Counted from the first letter of the whole stretch, positions 12,359 to 25,998 are shown. The stretch: 63,038 bases of DNA, filler included, from Rhabdomonas costata (GCA_019059605.1; 35 parts of 35 records of this genome joined end to end with filler, not necessarily neighbours in it), one strand, 5' to 3'. The notes: generated by a model not told the origin, from the letters alone. Made by a program: numbers and translations.

Positions 12359-12824
12359 CTAAACCCCCAAATGGAAAATTCACTTCATGTTTGCCTGCCA
12401 AAACCTCGTTGATTTCCTGAAAATATTGACAAGACCTTCACAGAGATAGGGAGGCATGACGTACAGAACACCATCAGAACCATTGAGCGCCGCGTACGAG
12501 TGCGTGAGTAAAGAAAAAAGTATCGGTAANNNNNNNNNNNNNNNNNNNNNNNNNNNNNNNNNNNNNNNNNNNNTTAATTAATTAANNNNNNNNNNNNNNN
12601 NNNNNNNNNNNNNNNNNNNNNNNNNNNNNTTTGTTTTTGTGTGCTTTAAATTTGCTTTGCTTGGGAGCGAAGGGCAAGAGTTTTCGAAATAACCTGCCCT
12701 TGAACGCCCTCCCCCCGTGGTTTTAATGCTGTCCCACGGATGATGCTGAACACAGCCCAATAAAATGATCCGGGAAACCTCGTATGCACATGTGTACGGA
12801 GGAGATTCTACACCCATTATACAG

Positions 12825-13700
12825 CTCCTGGGCCTTCGCCGCGGTGGCCGCGATGGAGGGGGCGTACAACCTGAAGTACAAGCCCTCGACCTTCCAGCAG
12901 CTCAGCGAGGAGTACCTTCTGGATTGCTTCAAGGATTTCTCCCGGCTCACCGTGCGTCGCTTTGTGTGTGTATCGTGTATGTGCTTGTATGTGTGTGTGC
13001 TTGAGATCGGTGAAAGCCTGAGAGCAGCAGATGAGGATCCAAAAAGTTCCAGAAGTCCCGTGCGCTGGTGACCACGCCACGACTGGGACTCGCCGTGGTC
13101 CGAAAAAATGACCTGAGGATCCCAAGCAGAAGATGAGTTGAAGAGAGGCCACCGAGCAGCAAATGCGGAATGGGCGAGCGCAGAGGGTTGGAACTCCCTA
13201 GAACAGCGGTTTAATGCCCGTCGATGTTTCCCAAGAACTTCCGCCCAGCAGCAGAGTGATTGGCACCCCCGAGAAGTGGCCAGGCAGCGGGAAAGAATTT
13301 GAAAGCCCGCTGGAAAGAACCAAAGAAACTACCCCCACCCCAAAACACACAACACGGGTCGGCAAGATGCTGATGCCGCAGTCGCCGCAGCAGGTTGGTG
13401 GTTCCCGGTTTTGTCTTAGAATGCCTTGGTTGGAGATTGGATGGTGTTAGGAATAGGGAGGGGGTCTCCTTGCCACGGTTGTTCAGCGGCACTGAGCTGT
13501 TCCCCTGCACCCCTCCCTCCCCTTCCCGCCCTCTGCCGGTGGATCTTTAGCAAGACAACACGTTCGAGGCTATCGAATACGTCATCAGCTCGGGTGGGAT
13601 CCCCTCGGAGCAGAGCTACCCCTACACCGGGTTCCCCGGGAATTGCTCCACGGACCCCGCTATGCTGAAGCCCGTGGCACAATTCTCTCATCTTGTTAAG
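12825..13700 (+). CDS. Papain-family (C1A) cysteine protease homologue, two exons
   Basis: Exon 12825-12951 reads SWAFAAVAAMEGAY...QLSEEYLLDC. Exon 13551-13700 reads FEAIEYVISSGGIPSEQSYPYTGFPGNC. AG/GT boundaries are present. Confidence 0.9.
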
Positions 13701-14436
13701 GTTTGCGTCACTTTGCTCCGCTTTGGTTGTATCCTCTTGGTTGGCGAGGATGATGTGGTGATCCTGGAGTTGGAATGTTTTCCCCCTGAACTTCTACGAA
13801 AAAGACGGTCTTGTAACCTGTAAGACGCCCACGCACTGCTTCGACTTTGATATGATGCAATTGGAGGCGCTATTACCTGAACGATTGCTGATTGCACTCA
13901 TGGCATGTTCTGGTTGTGCGGGTGGGGGCAACCGCTACCTTACGACGTGGCACAGCTGTGGCGTCTTGAGACCTGGACTGATGTGGAAACGCACTGCGTG
14001 AGTTCCAGGCTCCTCGGGACGATCCTGCCCATTCGAATGCACAGAATGCGTTAGCTTGCGTGGTTTCTCGGCTCTCATGCTTCGGCACTGCCCTCTGGCT
14101 CAAAGATTCCCCATACGCTTCAAGAGAAACGTGTTCAAGGTTGGTGCATGCTGATTTGTGCATTTTATCTTCGTAAAGAACCCAGTTGCCGAAAACGCAA
14201 CGAACAATAAAATTTGTTGGGTCAATGGCTTTATGGGGATTTCCGGCGCAGGACAGTCCGCAACGTTTCCCACGTAGGACAGTCCATCCGCCCGTTGGGG
14301 ATCATGTGTATTTTACGGATACTCGCCTTCCCCCACNNNNNNNNNNNNNNNNNNNNNNNNNNNNNNNNNNNNNNNNNNNNTTAATTAATTAANNNNNNNN
14401 NNNNNNNNNNNNNNNNNNNNNNNNNNNNNNNNNNNN

Positions 14437-15605
14437 TGCCCGCTTCGGCGACATGGCCTTGTGGGGCAGCCATCGTGGTCCCTGGCGGGCGATTGAGGGG
14501 TGAGCTGGGCCCAGGTCCAGGTGCAGCAGTTCAGCACGGCCAGATCGTCGCGCAGGAACTGCCCAGTGGAGTGGGACACAAGGCCACCGGGAGAACACTC
14601 GCGGCGGCCTTTTTCATCTATGTAGCATACACCATATGAAAAAATGAGAATTTTTCATCATTCATGGTTTTTCGGTATGCTATGTGTATGGTTTGATCAA
14701 ATCAAGTGCAGGAACAATAAAGATGAAAAATCTTAATGGACGGATGGAGTATCGCAAATGGCACACCCATTCTAACGTCGATGACAAGTTGTTGTATCAC
14801 CTTGGTTTAATTGTAAAAACGGCACCACAGCAGCACCACCACAGCAGGATGCGCAAAATGTTCAGTACCACACCAACGAGTTTCTGACGACATGCTAACT
14901 ACGGGCTTTCCATTTGACTGGATAACTTGTGCGGGCAGCCCAACCTTGTTCTTGGGGTAGGTGCTGTTTTGCCTTCTTTTCCCTTTCCTATGCATTGAAG
15001 TGGAGATGAAGCTAGGGATTTCAGTCTACCAAAAGGTACGCATGCACACACACAATGGGCTCGGATCCAAGCAAGCACACGCATAAACATACACACACCC
15101 TCCGAATGACTGCATGAACATGACGCAGTTGTAGCCCTTCCAACAGAAACGTTCTCCATCACAGACAGGCCCCAACCTCCGAAAACAACCATCTCGTGCC
15201 CGAGCTGAACGGCAGAGTGTCCGGCCCTATGCCGAAAAGAAGGGGGAATAGCTCCGCAGCAAAAATAGCCAGGTGCACTTTCGAAGAACGGAAACGTCAA
15301 AAACGCAAGAAAACAAAAAGCACAGCACTCCAAAATTTGGGAAGTATTGAGTAAAAGAATGGATACATACCGCCAGTAGATTTTCCCGGAGGAAGGGGCA
15401 CGCGCGAGTGGTGGTCATTGACCCAACTTCATGTGTGCTGGGCCCCAAGCGGATAACTTTCAAGCAAAAGAGAGGTAAGGGGAAATCAATAAAACGCATA
15501 AGACACACCTGTAGCCCACCCCAGGTCCCCTGCAGTGAATCTCAGTCCAGGTTTTGGTCTTCACGTTGTAGGTCAGCACGTCGTTGAGGTAGCCCATCTC
15601 TGTAT
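14437..15605 (-). CDS. Kelch-repeat protein, three exons
   Basis: Exons 15605-15509, 15226-15151 and 14558-14437 splice in frame (GT-AG): YLNDVLTYNVKTKTWTEI...R/AGHSAVQLGHEMVVFGGWG...N/FLRDDLAVLNCCTWTW...RRSG. Confidence 0.9.
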
Positions 15606-16240
15606 CTGAACAGCTAAATGGGTGATGAGGAACCGAAAGAGTTTGTCAGGCAGGGATATATCTCACATCCATCACTCCTGAGTAAGGGTTGTGTAAGGGT
15701 TGGCTGCATCCGAAGTTAAGATGGTGAAACCGTCCACTCTTGGAAAAAACTCACGGAACCTGACACAACGTCCGGTTCGGCGTCAAAACAAAGAATGACA
15801 TCTCGGAATAAACTGACTACAAAAAGACAGTTGCTGAAGGACAGCCTAAAACTCATGACACTGCGCGATCCCAGAAAGAAAAAAGTAGCTAACCGATGAA
15901 ACCAACCGCACCTCTGCTCCGGAGCGACGCGAAATCCAGTGATCTCACCAGAGTTACCTGAAAATCATCGCCCACCCATACACAATGGAAAGCACAGCCG
16001 TTCACGGCGCGAATACCCTGCCACGTGGGAAAACGGGTGTGGCTAAGTCTAGTTAACCTCCTGCAAAAGGAGGTTCTAACCCTGACTTCTCCTAGGTGGT
16101 GGGGGTGCGCAGGGGAAGGTTGCTATATCTCCCCACCCCCNNNNNNNNNNNNNNNNNNNNNNNNNNNNNNNNNNNNNNNNNNNNTTAATTAATTAANNNN
16201 NNNNNNNNNNNNNNNNNNNNNNNNNNNNNNNNNNNNNNNN

Positions 16241-16774
16241 CCCTCCGGGCAAATCTGGCAAAGAGGTCGAAAAGCCCCACAATGGCCCTACGCACCAAGC
16301 CCACTGCTCCTCAGCCACTCATACACGAGATGATTAATCACGCAAGCTAAACGGACAGCGTTTAGGACGAAGTACGGAGCCTCCCAGTTTTTGGTGATGC
16401 CGTTCGGCTCCAGCCACATTTCAGCGGACGATAGGTTTCTGGAGCGGCACGAATAAAAAAACATAAAACACAAACAAAAGAGGAGCTCTGCCTTCTGTGG
16501 GAGCAGTCTCAGAAGACTTTCCCGCAGGCCGTCAACAAAAGTTCGATGCAACAGCAAAACCTTCATCGTGTGAGCTTCGGGGCAGTAGTACCCCTCCGGG
16601 CACAGGATAGGCTCGTAGGGACCCTGAGCGCCGCACAGGTTCCTCTTCAGACGCATCAGGGTGCACTCCGGAGAAGGAGGGCAGATCGCGACCCACGTGC
16701 TGCTGTCCGTCGCGTTGAGGGCCGGGCACAAGAAGCCAGGCAAGCAGGAGGACTGGCGCTCGGGAGGCAGCGTC
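16241..16774 (-). CDS. Cys-rich extracellular repeat region, probably the N-terminus of an ABCG24/28-like transporter
   Basis: Exon 16774-16561 reads CLPGFLCP...CPPSPECTLMRL...QGPYEPILCPEGYYCP. The next exon starts at 16254 with ICPEG; GT-AG boundaries. The family assignment is from recalled motif similarity. Confidence 0.65.
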
Positions 16775-18725
16775 CTGTTCCAAGCAAAGTTACATGCACG
16801 CGCCTCAGCACCCGCAAAATAATGCGCGGTTCAATCGCAAAGGACAACCCCACTGCCGCATCACTCCACGTGGTGAGTACAAAGCGGTGGACTACACGCT
16901 AAGCCAACCATGGGATGAGTCAAGATGGCGAAACCAATGTCCACCCTTGCACATTCCCGATATTCCAAGTCCAACAACGTTTAGTAAGTCTTCCATTTCA
17001 GAAACATTCCTAAAAAATAACGCAGCAAACGGAAATGAACGGCAAAACTCAAAATTAAAAGAATCCCATAAAAGGCAAATAATCGGGGGACAAATTTGAC
17101 CACTCGGATGCTATTTTATGAGGAAATTTTGCCTACTTTTCCTATTTTTTGCAAATTTGGGCGATTTGAACCTATTTTGGGCGTTTTTTCGCCCCCCCCT
17201 TTTTCTTTCTAATGCTGGGCATTTTATGGTCGCTTTTTTTTTTCAATTTTTTTAGGAGGGGCTTTGCTGGAAAATCTAAAATCTAAAGCACGGTTCCGCT
17301 GTACAATGCTTGCAGCTGCTGCGGAAGTCAGACAGCCTTTTATGCTTTTATGGTCGCCTTAGTTACAATTTGACATTTTTGGGGCCTCCTGGGGACTTCT
17401 CAAGCGAGCAAGGGAACATCTTGGTGCATGAAGGAATTTCAGGGGCTATTCCTTGGCGTCAAAAAGAGCCCCCGGGCACGGAGTGCCAGAAAGATTCCGA
17501 ATTATTTGCCACTTTTCATTGAAGAGGATCCTTTTAAATTTTTAAAAATTGAGCTTTGTCGCATGCATTCTTACAATCTTACAATTTCATTTTTTTACAT
17601 TCTTACAATCTTGCCCTCCTTTTTTGCCTGGTCTTCTCGGAATCCTCAGAGCACTGGTGGTTCAAATAACGCTATGGCAAAGCAATAGCATTGGATGAAA
17701 GCATTTTCGGGTTGAAAAAACCTTTTTCTTCAGATTCACTGTTTTGAGAATCGTTTCCGAAAAGCCAATAATCCGCTCATACTTCCAGATCAGAAAGGGA
17801 ACTGCGCCTTCCGCGAAACATGGCGAAGAAGAAGAAGAAGAAATGCCCGAGCTGCCATTTGGAATCACAGTGTCATTGGGAAGGGCGCAGGCCCTTTTGC
17901 AGGCGAGAAGAAAAACAAAACACGCAAACCTCCACGAAAAACACANNNNNNNNNNNNNNNNNNNNNNNNNNNNNNNNNNNNNNNNNNNNTTAATTAATTA
18001 ANNNNNNNNNNNNNNNNNNNNNNNNNNNNNNNNNNNNNNNNNNNNTGTTGGGGTGGGCTCGCCACGAAAGGCACGGAGATTCTCTGCGGGGAGAAACCAC
18101 TTCGGGGCCCCGGAGTAGTCGACCCGGACCAAGCGCGCGGGCTGGTCGCCTGCCACAAAGTATGCGCAGAAGCGCACCTTGCGAGGGGACCCAAGGCCCA
18201 CGCTCGGGCCCGTGCCCTTCTGTGAAGCAAGAAGGTAGGAGGTGTGTGTGTGTGTCTGTGCGTGCGTCGGCAGGGGGAGATTGGAGAGGAGGCAGGAGCA
18301 GAGGAGGCCGCGCCACGCCACGGCCGGTCCATCAATGTCACTTCGAGCACCAAGGAAATAAAGCGGCTCGGTTTTCGCCTTCGGCGTATCGTCCGTGCCG
18401 GAAAAGTTCTGGAACCACCATCGCCTTCAGCAGCTTGTTAAGTCATGAAAATCAAAACCAAGAACCAACAAGTTGTCATAGCTGGAGCCCAGCACAGGCC
18501 TTGACAGACGATATGGGGGTGTCACGAAAAGTGACGAAACACTGCTTTGCTAATCGTCCCGCCCTAGTCGCGATACTACCACGAAACATACCTCGAATAC
18601 ATAACATCGCAGCCGTGCATCCGCAAAGGCCCACCTCGCAGGCGCCAACATCGGCCCAGAAAAACTGCAAACGCGCTGCGCAGAAAACTGGCGAAAAGCC
18701 AATTTGACTGAGTGTGCGCGCGCAC

Positions 18726-18871
18726 CTGCGTGCTGATGATGGCTGCGACCCACTCTGCGCACTGCTCCGGGGTGTCCGCTCGGAAATGCAATGCGGTGCT
18801 CTTCGCTGACAAGGAAAACTTCATAGATGACAAGGCCTGCAGCGTCATATCGCGCAGCGCAATCTTCCGCA
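18726..18871 (-). CDS. PH-domain C-terminal exon
   Basis: MKFSLSAKSTALHFRADTPEQCAEWVAAI matches the PH terminal strand and helix (F.A.T..E...W..AI). Boundaries are CTCAG| and |GTGCGC. Confidence 0.8.
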
Positions 18872-19407
18872 CTGAGAATGGAACTGGGAATTGGACTACT
18901 AAGGCACCGGAAACAGCACCCACAGCCTGCAATCGATGCGCAAGAGAGAGCACATCCGGATCATTTCAGACAGCTCATACGACTGACATCCCTTGAAATA
19001 AAAAGGAGTCTAAGAAATGGACAGAAATTCTTTCCTGCTACCCCCGCCGGTCAGTGTTGCGCCCCAAAGTGCAAGGCCGGGAGGGACACACTACCATCAT
19101 ACTTTCCACTTCAACATTCGACCACATAGAGGGAGATGGGGTGTCGAATGTTTTTGAAAAATGGCTCAAAATGTGGCGAAAATAGGCCTTTTGCGGGAAA
19201 AATGACACATGCACAAACGGAAAAACGAGTCGTAAATAGGGCCCAGGTGTCATTGTCGGAAGGTGGGGTGGTGTACTTTCAAAACTTTCTCGACAAGCCT
19301 TAACAAGCGAAAGCGCGAATTACGTATGTATAAATCGAGTCAATTGGAAAAAGAACAGAATTGGGCAACCTGAAAAAACTGCACGCCATCCGACAAGTGT
19401 ACACTAA

Positions 19408-19742
19408 CCACTAACGGATCTAATGAAGAAGCACCAAAATTGGAAGTTTGGAGAGAAATAAACCGGCGCGTTTGAGGAACTCAAACGCTGACTCCTCAGA
19501 CACAGCGTCCTAATGGTTCCAAATTTGTCCAAACCACTCATTCTCCACACTGACGCTTCATAAGTTGGTTTCGGAGCAACTCTGTCACAACACGAATAGA
19601 AAGGAGACATACGGCTTGTTGCTTGCCGATCTCGGATGCTTTCCCCAGCAGAAAAGAGAAAGAAATGCTAACCTTGTGGTATTCTCTAGAAGCATGGCGT
19701 CATTAACTGCTGGGTGCAGAAGTGCACGTTTATACCAACCAA
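19408..19742 (+). mobile_element. Decayed Ty3/gypsy pol fragment (RT connection plus RNase H)
   Basis: PLTDLMKK..W......AFEELK......L..P..SKPLILHTDAS*VGFGATLSQ....RLVACRSRMLSPAEK/KEML....LEAWRH*LLG...VYTN, with five stops and a frameshift. Confidence 0.92.
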
Positions 19743-20961
19743 CACNNNNNNNNNNNNNNNNNNNNNNNNNNNNNNNNNNNNNNNNNNNNTTAATTAATTA
19801 ANNNNNNNNNNNNNNNNNNNNNNNNNNNNNNNNNNNNNNNNNNNNGGGGGGGTTGGCAACCCGTCATCCCTCTACGAAGCCAACCCCGTGACCCGGCGAC
19901 CCCCATGACCCCGGTTTGAATTAAGTAATGAGTACCAGTGGCTGGCTGTTTGGTTGGTAATCACACTCCCACCGCAATCAAACGTCCTCTTGGTTTCGTG
20001 CATTTTGTGTTGGAGAGCTTTTTATGAAGCTGATGTGCGTTTTGAGTTAGGGCCTGCTTCCCATCGCTGCACAGGCAGTGGACACGTGGACAGCACTGGA
20101 CACGTGAACCACGCCACTACGGTACGTCACCAAATGACAAATGCACCCTGTGGAGAGTAGTTCTTGGATTTCTTAATCATGCTTCTCGAGGGCAATGGGG
20201 ACGGTGTGCGCACGGAAAAGACTGATAAGGGTAACCTCTTTCTGACCATAACCTAGCGCACGTCGCCCAAGAAAATTAACTCAGTTGCCAATGTGTCACG
20301 TGCATAATACCGCCGTAGCTGGGGAGCCCGCGACAGAAGTCCTTCTGAGATCGGTGGCCACGACACTTGAGTAGCGCAGGAGTCCCCCTGTGCTGTCAAA
20401 ACCCTGGCAGACAAAGAGCAAAGCAAGTGGCAAGGCGTGAGCACGCTCTGTATATAAACGTTTCCTTGCTCTGCAAGTCAGTAGATATCAATCAATCAAT
20501 ATATTGATGGGAAAGGTTAAATGCCGTTGTTCGTCTAACACCTTTGACCAATGGGAAGACGGATCCTAGCATGGTTGTGGGGAGAAGACCCTTGCGGGAG
20601 TTGCTAGAGTTGGGCAAAACACTTCTACAGGTAAAAAGTTAGGGGTAGCATCAAGCTTCAGACAGTGAAAATAGAAAGAAGAAGAAGTGCGTGAGAACGA
20701 AGAAAGGAATTTTGAAGGCGGAGCAAAGTTCTTCTTATGGCACGGCCCTTTTTTTCTAAAGTTTCCTTGGAATCCCGATATGGCCTTTGCAGCCAAATCC
20801 CTGTAATTTTCAGTAGCACATCTTTATGATTGCGGAATTATCTCCTTGTGCCACAAGGCTTCTTAGCTTGCAGGGCTGCCCAGGCGCAGGGGAGGGAAAT
20901 TGAGGACGGGGTTGCGGGGCAGGCAGGCAACTCACGGAAGGAAAGCACCTCCCCCCAATAC

Positions 20962-21063
20962 CAGGCTCATCCCCTCCCGATCGCGGCGAAGCAGCTCCTG
21001 AACCTCCGCCACAGGGATGGAGTACTGTGGGTCATCACAGTGCTCCATCCGAGGCCACAGCAG
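20962..21063 (-). CDS. Internal exon, hypothetical protein
   Basis: GCAG|CTG CTG TGG...CTG|GTATTG; 102 nt, LLWPRMEHCDDPQYSIPVAEVQELLRR. Confidence 0.45.
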
Positions 21064-21673
21064 CTGCACCACAGCGGCGCTGTGTTGCTGGCGTGCGGCG
21101 GAAGGAAACAGAACGCAGGGTGGGGGACTCCGGCGAAAGCTGCGGCTTGGTTAGAGTTTCCATAAAGTGCAGGCGCGTTGTGATCCTTCCGCTGGAAGGA
21201 GCAGTATTGCGATTGTTGCTCATCGTTTCTATCCTGTCGTTCCAAAACGTCCTTCAGCTGGGGCACAGCTTTTTGCTCCGTTGCAAAGGGTGCTGTCCCT
21301 GTGGCTGCAAAACCAAGTGCCACATTTCAAGGGGATGGAGGAGTGGGGGGATAACCGTATGAAATGAACGACTGAGGCTTGATATGCGGAACGAGGCCCC
21401 CTTGTTTTCTCTTACTTTGTTCAGGTAGCTTGCACCCTGTGTTGCCAAACCTTGTTCAGAGATTTCAATTGACTCGGCAGGCTTATCTATGGCCGCACGC
21501 TGTGGGTGGTTCCCTTCCCTGCTTCGCCAATGGCTGCGGTGAAAAAGGGNNNNNNNNNNNNNNNNNNNNNNNNNNNNNNNNNNNNNNNNNNNNTTAATTA
21601 ATTAANNNNNNNNNNNNNNNNNNNNNNNNNNNNNNNNNNNNNNNNNNNNTGTGTTGTGTTGGGTTTGCTGCAG

Positions 21674-22576
21674 AACAAACGGCGTCCTCTGAGAGCAGGA
21701 AGGCCGCCTCTGCCGAAAATTCCGGCAAGTATGCCTCCTTGAAAGGGTGGTAAGGAGAGGTAAAGTTGGAACCCCGTTGGAATCCATGCCCTTTCATTGT
21801 TGATGCAGGCACATACGTGCTAGATTGTCGGTTTTTATTGAGTTTTACGTGCACTGGGCTGAGGTGGAGAATTTCCGTGGGTGCGCCGCTAATCACCAAT
21901 CATTCTGAGGCGAGCCCGGACAGTGTCTGGCTGGCTCAGGCTGGCTCAGGGACGCACAAGGATCCTGTTATGGCGGGACATGGACGGTGGGCGATGCACT
22001 TGGGATACTTGCAGGGAAGGGTGCTTTGTTTTTGTAGCTCTGAGTCTGCTGAGCCACACGAAAGCGTGATTTCCGAGCTCGCGGACATGGTTCGGGTGTT
22101 CAAGGATAAGGCCTCCAGCATGGGCCAGGCCGTCCGCCATGACATTAAGGTTTTGGAACTGCGATCGCCTTACTCACAAACCCTCCCGTCGGTTCCCTTT
22201 GGCCGGTGCCCAAAGGCAAGCCTCTCTTTGTCTATGTCTCCAGCCGCGACAGGCGCAAAACACAATGCGTAAAAGAAACGTCGTCAGTGAGTTGCGGTGG
22301 TTTCTTATAGCGGGTGTCTTTTCGGTATCTGCCTTCCCAAGCCAATCCCGCTCTCCTCCTTCAAAAGCGGCTTTGGTGCTGCGCGAACAGGCCATGGAAG
22401 ACACGGAGTTTCTAATGCAGAAGAACCTGGGCAAGCTGGAGACCCAGAACAAGGTGATTCAGCACCATACCGGCTCGGAGTGGAAACAGACTTTGACGTT
22501 TGCCGTGCTGCTGGGGCTGAGCGTGCTGATGTTTCTGTTCATGGTGGCGGTGATAATTTGGTTCCGTGCTCGGTGA
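21674..22576 (+). CDS. USE1: ER Qc-SNARE USE1-like, last three exons
   Basis: Exons 21674-21728, 22038-22149 and 22391-22576 splice in frame: HESVISELADMVRVFKDKASSMGQAVRHDIK/AMEDTEFLMQKNLGKLETQN, followed by a C-terminal TM helix and TGA. Confidence 0.8.
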
Positions 22577-23454
22577 ACAGCCGCGCCGACGCCCGAAAAG
22601 TGGAGATAGGCTGCCCGCCGCGGTGTGCGCGGATCCCGGAGGCAACTTGTTTTCGCTGAGATGATACGATGCGGAGACGTGAGCGGACTTCAGGGGCAGT
22701 TCGGTTGTCGGTTCTTCACTGAGCCTTCGCCTGGTGAGCAGAAACCGCTATTTGTATTGAGATATGTCTCTTCTTTTACGCGCATTGGCATTTATTGAAA
22801 GGGAGTGTGGACAGAAGGAGTCTTTTCGTTGGCTGATTCCTTTTTTTTGAAAGCCTAAACTCGACCACTTCCATCATTTTGTATGAAGGCTAGATCATAG
22901 GAGCCAGTCCTTCATTCGGAATAGTGTGGTTCTAATGCCGGATAAATCTTACTTGCTTAGTTTCTCTGAAGGGCGGCATTAGAACGTTTGCATTGAATGC
23001 GACACTTTCCTGGCCATTGAAGGGCGGCGCGTTGCGCTGCGGTGGCCGCTCTCGATGCTCACTGAAGTGCAGCAGGGCGACGAACATCATTAGCCCGCTG
23101 CAGGGAGTGCTGTTGGTGCTCGATTGCGCGCGATTCACCAGCCTTGTTCACTACGCGAGCTGTTGGTCAATATTTTTTAGATGTTGTAGCGGGTTAAGTC
23201 AACTCCTGTTTTGTTGGCTTCCAAGATAAACGTTCCGTTGGTTGTTTGGGGCGTCGTCTCCATGCTTTTTTTACTTGTGTATCCAGATTTCTTTTTTTGG
23301 GATGTTGACTTTATATGACTTGTTGGAAATTGTTGGAAATGATGGAAAACACANNNNNNNNNNNNNNNNNNNNNNNNNNNNNNNNNNNNNNNNNNNNTTA
23401 ATTAATTAANNNNNNNNNNNNNNNNNNNNNNNNNNNNNNNNNNNNNNNNNNNNG

Positions 23455-23619
23455 TTGGGGTTGCTCCGCTGGCTCCACCGGCTGACCTGCGAGCAATGCG
23501 GCCGCCCCGTGTGCAGCCGTTGCTCTCACCCCTCTGCACACACGCCGGGGTGGAGGTGGGGCCACCGCGATGTGAGGTGCTTGAGGTGCAGTCCAGTAGC
23601 CGCGGACCAGGCTCTCCCG
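23455..23619 (+). CDS. FYVE-like zinc-finger exon (partial)
   Basis: HRLTCEQCGRPVCSRCS...VRCLRC Cys spacing; the canonical R(R/K)HHCR basic patch is absent. Confidence 0.65.
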
Positions 23620-25998
23620 GTTCGGGTGCGTCCAATTGGAAAGAATGCTCCACCAGAACGCGGTCTTGTCGCCAGCGATATCATATGTGGTTTTCAAAAG
23701 TGAGATCCTAAATTTGAGCATTGTTCCCCTTCCCAAGCATTATTGTCTTTGCTCTCAATTGACCAACTCCCTGCCATTGCCCAGCCTTTGAATGTGTGTC
23801 GGACATGGAAAGATGGTGCAGCAATGGGGCTATTGTCTAGGGTGCATTTTGCACCACTTCCCGCCTCCCACCGCCCATGTATACGTCTCGTTCACCCCCA
23901 TTTTTGCACATCAATGCATTTGGCGTTGCCCTATTGTTTATGCTAGTTTCTTTTGGTCTTCTTGTTTGAGCAGAGAGGAAGTTTCAGACACGTTTCCCTT
24001 CTTTTTTTTCGGTGAGGATTTATTGGTCTATTTGTTTGTGCAGTGTTCTTCGGGTTATTTTCGTGTGCCCAAGATTTTAGCTTCCGCCGAATTTCCTGAC
24101 TTCGGGGGGCAATCTGCGTTGGTTTCCTGCCTGGCTACAGTTGTGTGTTGCTGGGGATGCACCTCAGTTTTCTGAGACTCTCCTTTCCAACGAGCACAGA
24201 GTTGTGAAGCTGTCAAAGAAGCGCATTTTTAACGGTGGGCTTGTCTTGTTCATGACAAAGCACTTTTCAGTAGCTGTGATGAGGCTTGTAAGTGCCTACG
24301 TTTCTCGGTCAAAGATCTCCCACATCGCCCGAGTCTTGCATCCGTTGGTGGTTGAGGTGGCAGGTTACCGGGTAAGGTAGCTGTGTCAGAGGGATCACCA
24401 TAGGGTAGTAGTAACCTATGCGTCGTACCGATGGCAGTGTTGCTGCACCTCACACCTGTCAACGCGAACCAACCATGCCAGCGAAATCGCTATCGTGGTG
24501 CTACCGTGGTGGCAGAGTGAGTGAGAGCGACCGGTGTAGGAAGTGACCGGATGCCAACAATGACCCTGTGGCACCCATGCACACTGGAGGCCGCAGTAGG
24601 CCGACATGCCACTTCTACGCTCAACCTCTCACTCCAAGATGCCAGAACCCACCTTAGCGCATGACTCCACCATCATGACGTGACGGTAGTGAGAGGGGGG
24701 GACCCGCAGGTGAGAATGCCTTCAACATGAAAATGAGGGGTGTAAGGAGTAATGGTGAGATCTACCGCAGGCGCCTCTATTACTGTGCATGACCCTCTCC
24801 GATACTCATGCTACGTAATGCTGATTTGAACCCAAAGGGTGGCATGATGCACAGCGGAGGCCGCAGTGTGCCGACACACAACGCAACGCACACCAGAACC
24901 ACCGCATCAATCACAGCATCCACTACAGAACCCAGCATTCGAATTCCAAAACCGACCACTCCTCGCTAATTACTACATCCTTAGCAACCACCCAACCGCT
25001 TGAGGAAAATCCGCCATCGGTGGGAAAAATGGAAAAGTTGAAAGTTGTCCAAAAGTTGTTCATGTTTGTCCCTGCCACCGACCTCTTGCAACCCAAGATC
25101 AATTAAATCGTTTCGCGGGGCACCCCCCCCCCTCCCTTCTTGTCGGGATCCCACACACNNNNNNNNNNNNNNNNNNNNNNNNNNNNNNNNNNNNNNNNNN
25201 NNTTAATTAATTAANNNNNNNNNNNNNNNNNNNNNNNNNNNNNNNNNNNNNNNNNNNNGTGTGGGTGTGTTTGTTGGTTTAGTGTTCCTGATCTCTTCTT
25301 CTTTTCTTTTGCTTCATGCTTGTGGGGAAAGTTGTAGCAGTTTCCCTGGTGAGGCTTGACAAGCAAGTTTTGTGTAGAAGGGATCATCCGGGCAGGTAAT
25401 TTGGGGATTGTCGCTTATGGCTGGCGTGTGTTTGGTGGAGGACTGCTCCTTCTGAGAGGGAGTGCGTAGTTACTTGTTTGAAGGTCTTGCCCACCCATCA
25501 TCAAATTCACAACAAGGTTTTTGTTTTTGGCTAAGTGTGCTTTTCCTTTTCTGAAAGCATTTCTTGCCCACAAGGGTGCTTTTTTAAAAAAGCGAAGAGG
25601 ATGTGAAATTAAAAGAGAGGTGCCAAACGCCAAATGCACCGGAACCTGTGCTAACAAAATTGAGGTTGACGTTTGGTGCTACAGATAGATGGGGACCAAA
25701 CCACAATTGTATGGATGATGTGAACTGCTTTGCTTGCTTTGGAACAGACTGAACTTTTCAGGATGTGCAGTTTTGTGTTCGTTATGGGGTGTTTCGTTTA
25801 CCCCTCAGAACAAGAAAGTGGTGATGCCCCTTTCCCACGACCCTATCGAGACCTGCGGCAGGGCGTGGGTGAGGGCAGGACACGTTCGCGTTCTTTCATC
25901 ACCAGAACTTCTCTGGTCGACTTTTGCGACCTTGTTACCGGTGCGTTTCTGAAGTTAGGGTGCGGTTACTCTTCCCTTGTTTGTGGCGGGGCGCGAAA

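Noticed and set aside
14559-15177. Nonconventional intron in the kelch gene
   Set aside because: A canonical in-frame solution exists (AAC|GT ... CAG|TTC).
19408-19742. Stop-codon reassignment suggested by in-frame stops in pol
   Set aside because: TAA, TGA and TAG all occur together with a frameshift, and host exons are stop-free and end in TGA or TAG. This is ordinary decay.
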